From: Macrostomum lignano
Taxonomy: Eukaryota
Assembly: GCA_002269645.1 (NCBI GenBank)
Contig: NIVC01001585.1
Coordinates: 186,001 to 250,000, forward strand
Direction of reading: 5' to 3'
Length of the DNA stretch: 64,000 bases
Position 1 is the first letter of the stretch; every line of letters begins with the position of its first letter. Under the pieces are notes generated by a model. It saw nothing but the letters and a program-made list of their open reading frames with translations, was not told where the DNA came from and searched no databases. This document shows, one piece after another, positions 61,301 through 64,000 of this stretch. Made by a program: the position numbers and the translations under genes.

Positions 61301-62531
61301 AAGATGACCGTCCTTCTATGACACTACGATGACCGTCATTCAATGACACTGATGACCATCATTCTATGACACTATCGATGACCGTCATTCTATGAAACTG
61401 TCGATGACCGTCATTCTATGAAACTGTCGATGACTGTCCCTCTATGACACTCAAAACCATCATTCTATATGACATTAAGATGACCGTCATTATATGACAC
61501 TTGGATAACTATCATTCTATGACACTGATGACCGTCCTGAGGATCATTTATAGATGTACAATACTTTATTGAGACTAATTCTTATTTATAGCTCTTATTA
61601 CTTTGTGATAGCAACAAAAAACTACGAATTATGCACCTGATCCTGAAATCCAGTAGTCTTCATGTACTTCTCGCGAACCACCTTGATCACGGCGTATTTC
61701 AGTTGCTCTTTGAAGGCGAAGTACTTTCCGCTGGAATTCAATGAGTACATTAACTCCTGCCGCATCGACTCGATGCCGTCTGGCGTCAGAGGCAGCTGGC
61801 CTCCACGAATGCTGTCAGCGAATAGCGAGCGGAACTCTTCCAGGACTCGGCCAGAAATTTCCGCCACCTGCTGGTGATAATCTGATAGCGCCTTCTCCGC
61901 GGAGTTGGTACGCTTCGGGTACATTGGCCTGGCGGGGATGTACTCGGCGACTCTGGTGGTTGGGGGTGAATTGACAACGATTGAAAAATGATGCAAACAC
62001 TTAGCCGAATGATGCGTGAATAGTTAGCCAAATCTCTTCTTACTATCACCCCGCGCAGCACCCCACTTCCTACCCCTCACACCCTTACCCTGCGCAGCAC
62101 CCCACTTCGTACCCCTCACACCCTTACCCCGCGTAGCACCCCACTTCCAATCGCTCATACTCTCAACCCGCGCAGCACACAATTTCCTACCCCTCACACC
62201 CTCACCCCGCACAGCACCCCACTTCCTACCCCTCACAACCTCACCCCGCACCACCCCACTTCCTACCCCTCATACCCACCCCGCGCAGCACTCCACTTCC
62301 TACCCTTCACAACCTCACCCCGCGCAGCACCCACCCCACTTTCTATTCATTCCATTACCCATAAAAGATCATCAAAACTCACCTCTTCGCCATTTCCTCT
62401 GGCGTCCTTTTAGGCACAAGCGGCTTGTCCAAACAAATCTCAATCATCACGTAGCTCTTGTGCTCTAGATACTGTTGACCCTCCGGATTAGCCGGAATAT
62501 CCTCCGACTCGCTGATCTGAACTTTGCTAGC
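58330..62531 (-). CDS. CFAP70: Cilia- and flagella-associated protein 70 (TTC18), TPR protein; 5'-partial. Exons (minus) 62531-62383, 61952-61637, 61195-60866, 60566-60278, 60031-59819, 59159-58330
   Basis: NPEGQQYLE...EICLDKPLVPKR, SGKYFAFKEQLKYAVIKVVREKY, TPR arrays and the C-terminal EVWAYLSLICL..GRRLEAEQTYKYAVK...VGFGDPSL match CFAP70 as I recall it. All GT-AG junctions are phase-consistent (2,0,0,1,1). Confidence 0.93.
60576..60830 (+). repeat. 16-bp minisatellite GAGTGAG[T/C]ATCTGATG in a CFAP70 intron
   Basis: Fills most of intron 60567-60865. Confidence 0.95.
61235..61540 (+). repeat. Degenerate ~23-25-bp repeat GATGACCGTCATTCTATGACACT in a CFAP70 intron
   Basis: ATGACCGTCA core recurs about 10 times. 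Confidence 0.88.
62045..62340 (+). repeat. ~39-bp C-rich repeat CCCCGCGCAGCACCCCACTTCCTACCCCTCACACCCT[T/C]A in a CFAP70 intron
   Basis: About 7 degenerate units. Confidence 0.88.
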
Positions 62532-62809
62532 CTAAATACGGTGAAAAATATGCACACTTTAACTCTTTTATAGTTTAAAACAGCTTGAATTCAATATATC
62601 TGCGTTACGGTGAGAACTGGAAACTTTTTTTATTGCATGGGAATGAAAAAATGTAAAAGCGTTTGATTAATAAATAATCTGATGGGACAGATGGGTAGGA
62701 TTTAAAATAATAGTATATCGAAAACGAAGCTTAATAAATTTTCTATACCTAAGCAGCCCTGCTGCACTTTAAAAGCTGGCTAAGCACGATACAGACTATC
62801 AACAAGCCT

Positions 62810-63060
62810 CTACCTGACCTTGCCCTCTCCACTCCCTGTCCTTGACCCCCACCCTACTCCCCGACCTTGAGCCACCCCACTAACTGACCTTGAGCCACCC
62901 CACTAACTGACCTTGAGCCACCCCTCTCCCTGACCTTGCGCCACCCCACTCCCTGACCTTGAGCCACCCCTTTCACTGACCTTGAGCTACATGTACCCCT
63001 CTTATTGACCTTGACCCCCATCCCACTTCCTGACTTTCACCACACACTTAACCGACCTTG
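62810..63060 (+). repeat. ~24-bp repeat CTGACCTTGAGCCACCCCACTAA
   Basis: TGACCTTG core recurs about 10 times. Confidence 0.85.
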
Positions 63061-64000
63061 AACAAATCACGCCTGGACGGCTCACTATCAAACTCTATTA
63101 CTAACATTTACGGGTATCCAATAATGAGAAAAAAGTGAAATTAATCCGACAAAAGACAACTAATTACTGAACTTAAAGCAAGAATCTTGACGAAGGAGGG
63201 GCAAACCAGAATTCATTTGAATGGGAAAAAAATAGGATAGAACCATTGTTTGATCTTAATATTTTTCCATAACTTGTCCGGTAGGGTTTCGTTGTGAACA
63301 TTGGAATTTTGTGTGCGGTTTTTATTTAGGTTGAACTGAATCCGATAGTTCAACAGGGATTGCATTAAAAGTACATTGGCTATTTTCATTTTACTTTTAA
63401 ATTGCCTGTCGCTGTATTGATAGACTGTTGCTGCTGTTGTTGCTGGCGAAAAGCGACGCGCTACAAGTAGTATAGTGTCAATTTTATGCAAATATTCTTT
63501 TCAAATTTTGTGATAGAAGCTTGAAGAATTGTCAAATAACTGTGTTTTTTTCCACGAAATATTTTAGCAGACTCATGCAAAGCCTGGGTTAATTCGGTTT
63601 TGCGTAGCTAGGATAAACAAACGGCATTTAGATGCAATATATGTATGTTAATATACCGGTACATGGGGAAGCAATCTTGCGACTAATGCAATGTTTTTTA
63701 ATTTGTTTGAATTCGCTCGAAAAGCCGGAATTTTGAACGCAAATTCGTAAAACACATTTAAATGTAGCAATGACTTAAACCAAAAAAACACCGTTCTAGA
63801 AGAATGTGAACTGCAGGCACAGAAAACTTTTTGATTATAAGAACATTCACGGCAGATCAGAGCTGAATATCAAAGCAGACAAATGGGTTTGAAATAATAA
63901 GCACACAAATCGAAGGTCATTGCATGCATTGAAAAATGACATCGAATATGGATAGCAGTCGATACAGAAACTCAAAATGAGCCAAGAAAGTCGAATTTCG

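Overview
Animal (metazoan) genomic DNA, not prokaryotic. It has GT-AG spliced genes with GC-rich exons, and dozens of unrelated minisatellites fill the introns and intergenic spaces. The style suggests a repeat-rich flatworm such as Macrostomum (inference only). I spliced seven gene models by hand with consistent intron phases. (1) 3' part of a CHAC1-type gamma-glutamylcyclotransferase (+). (2) A 7-exon, 547-aa type I membrane protein of no recognised family, with a SUEL-lectin-like/Cys-rich ectodomain (+). (3) A FoxD transcription factor whose forkhead box is split by a 2.3-kb intron (+), flanked by about 12 kb without recognisable genes on each side. (4) A degenerate-PDZ/coiled-coil protein (+). 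(5) An ankyrin-repeat protein with two RVxF motifs (+). (6) A Ser/Arg/Pro-rich disordered protein with an apparent 1-bp frameshift (+). (7) 3' part of CFAP70/TTC18 (-). Most long ORFs in the supplied track are artefacts of stop-free tandem repeats. The best hunting leads are non-coding: minisatellites around FoxD that each multimerise a different transcription-factor motif (ARE/AP-1, E-box, K50 homeodomain, TCF, TEAD), inverted copies of one 16-bp minisatellite bracketing the FoxD locus, a foldback-like set of ATCCCAGATC arrays, and a 44-bp intronic repeat built of splice-site decoys. All functional readings of these repeats are hypotheses.
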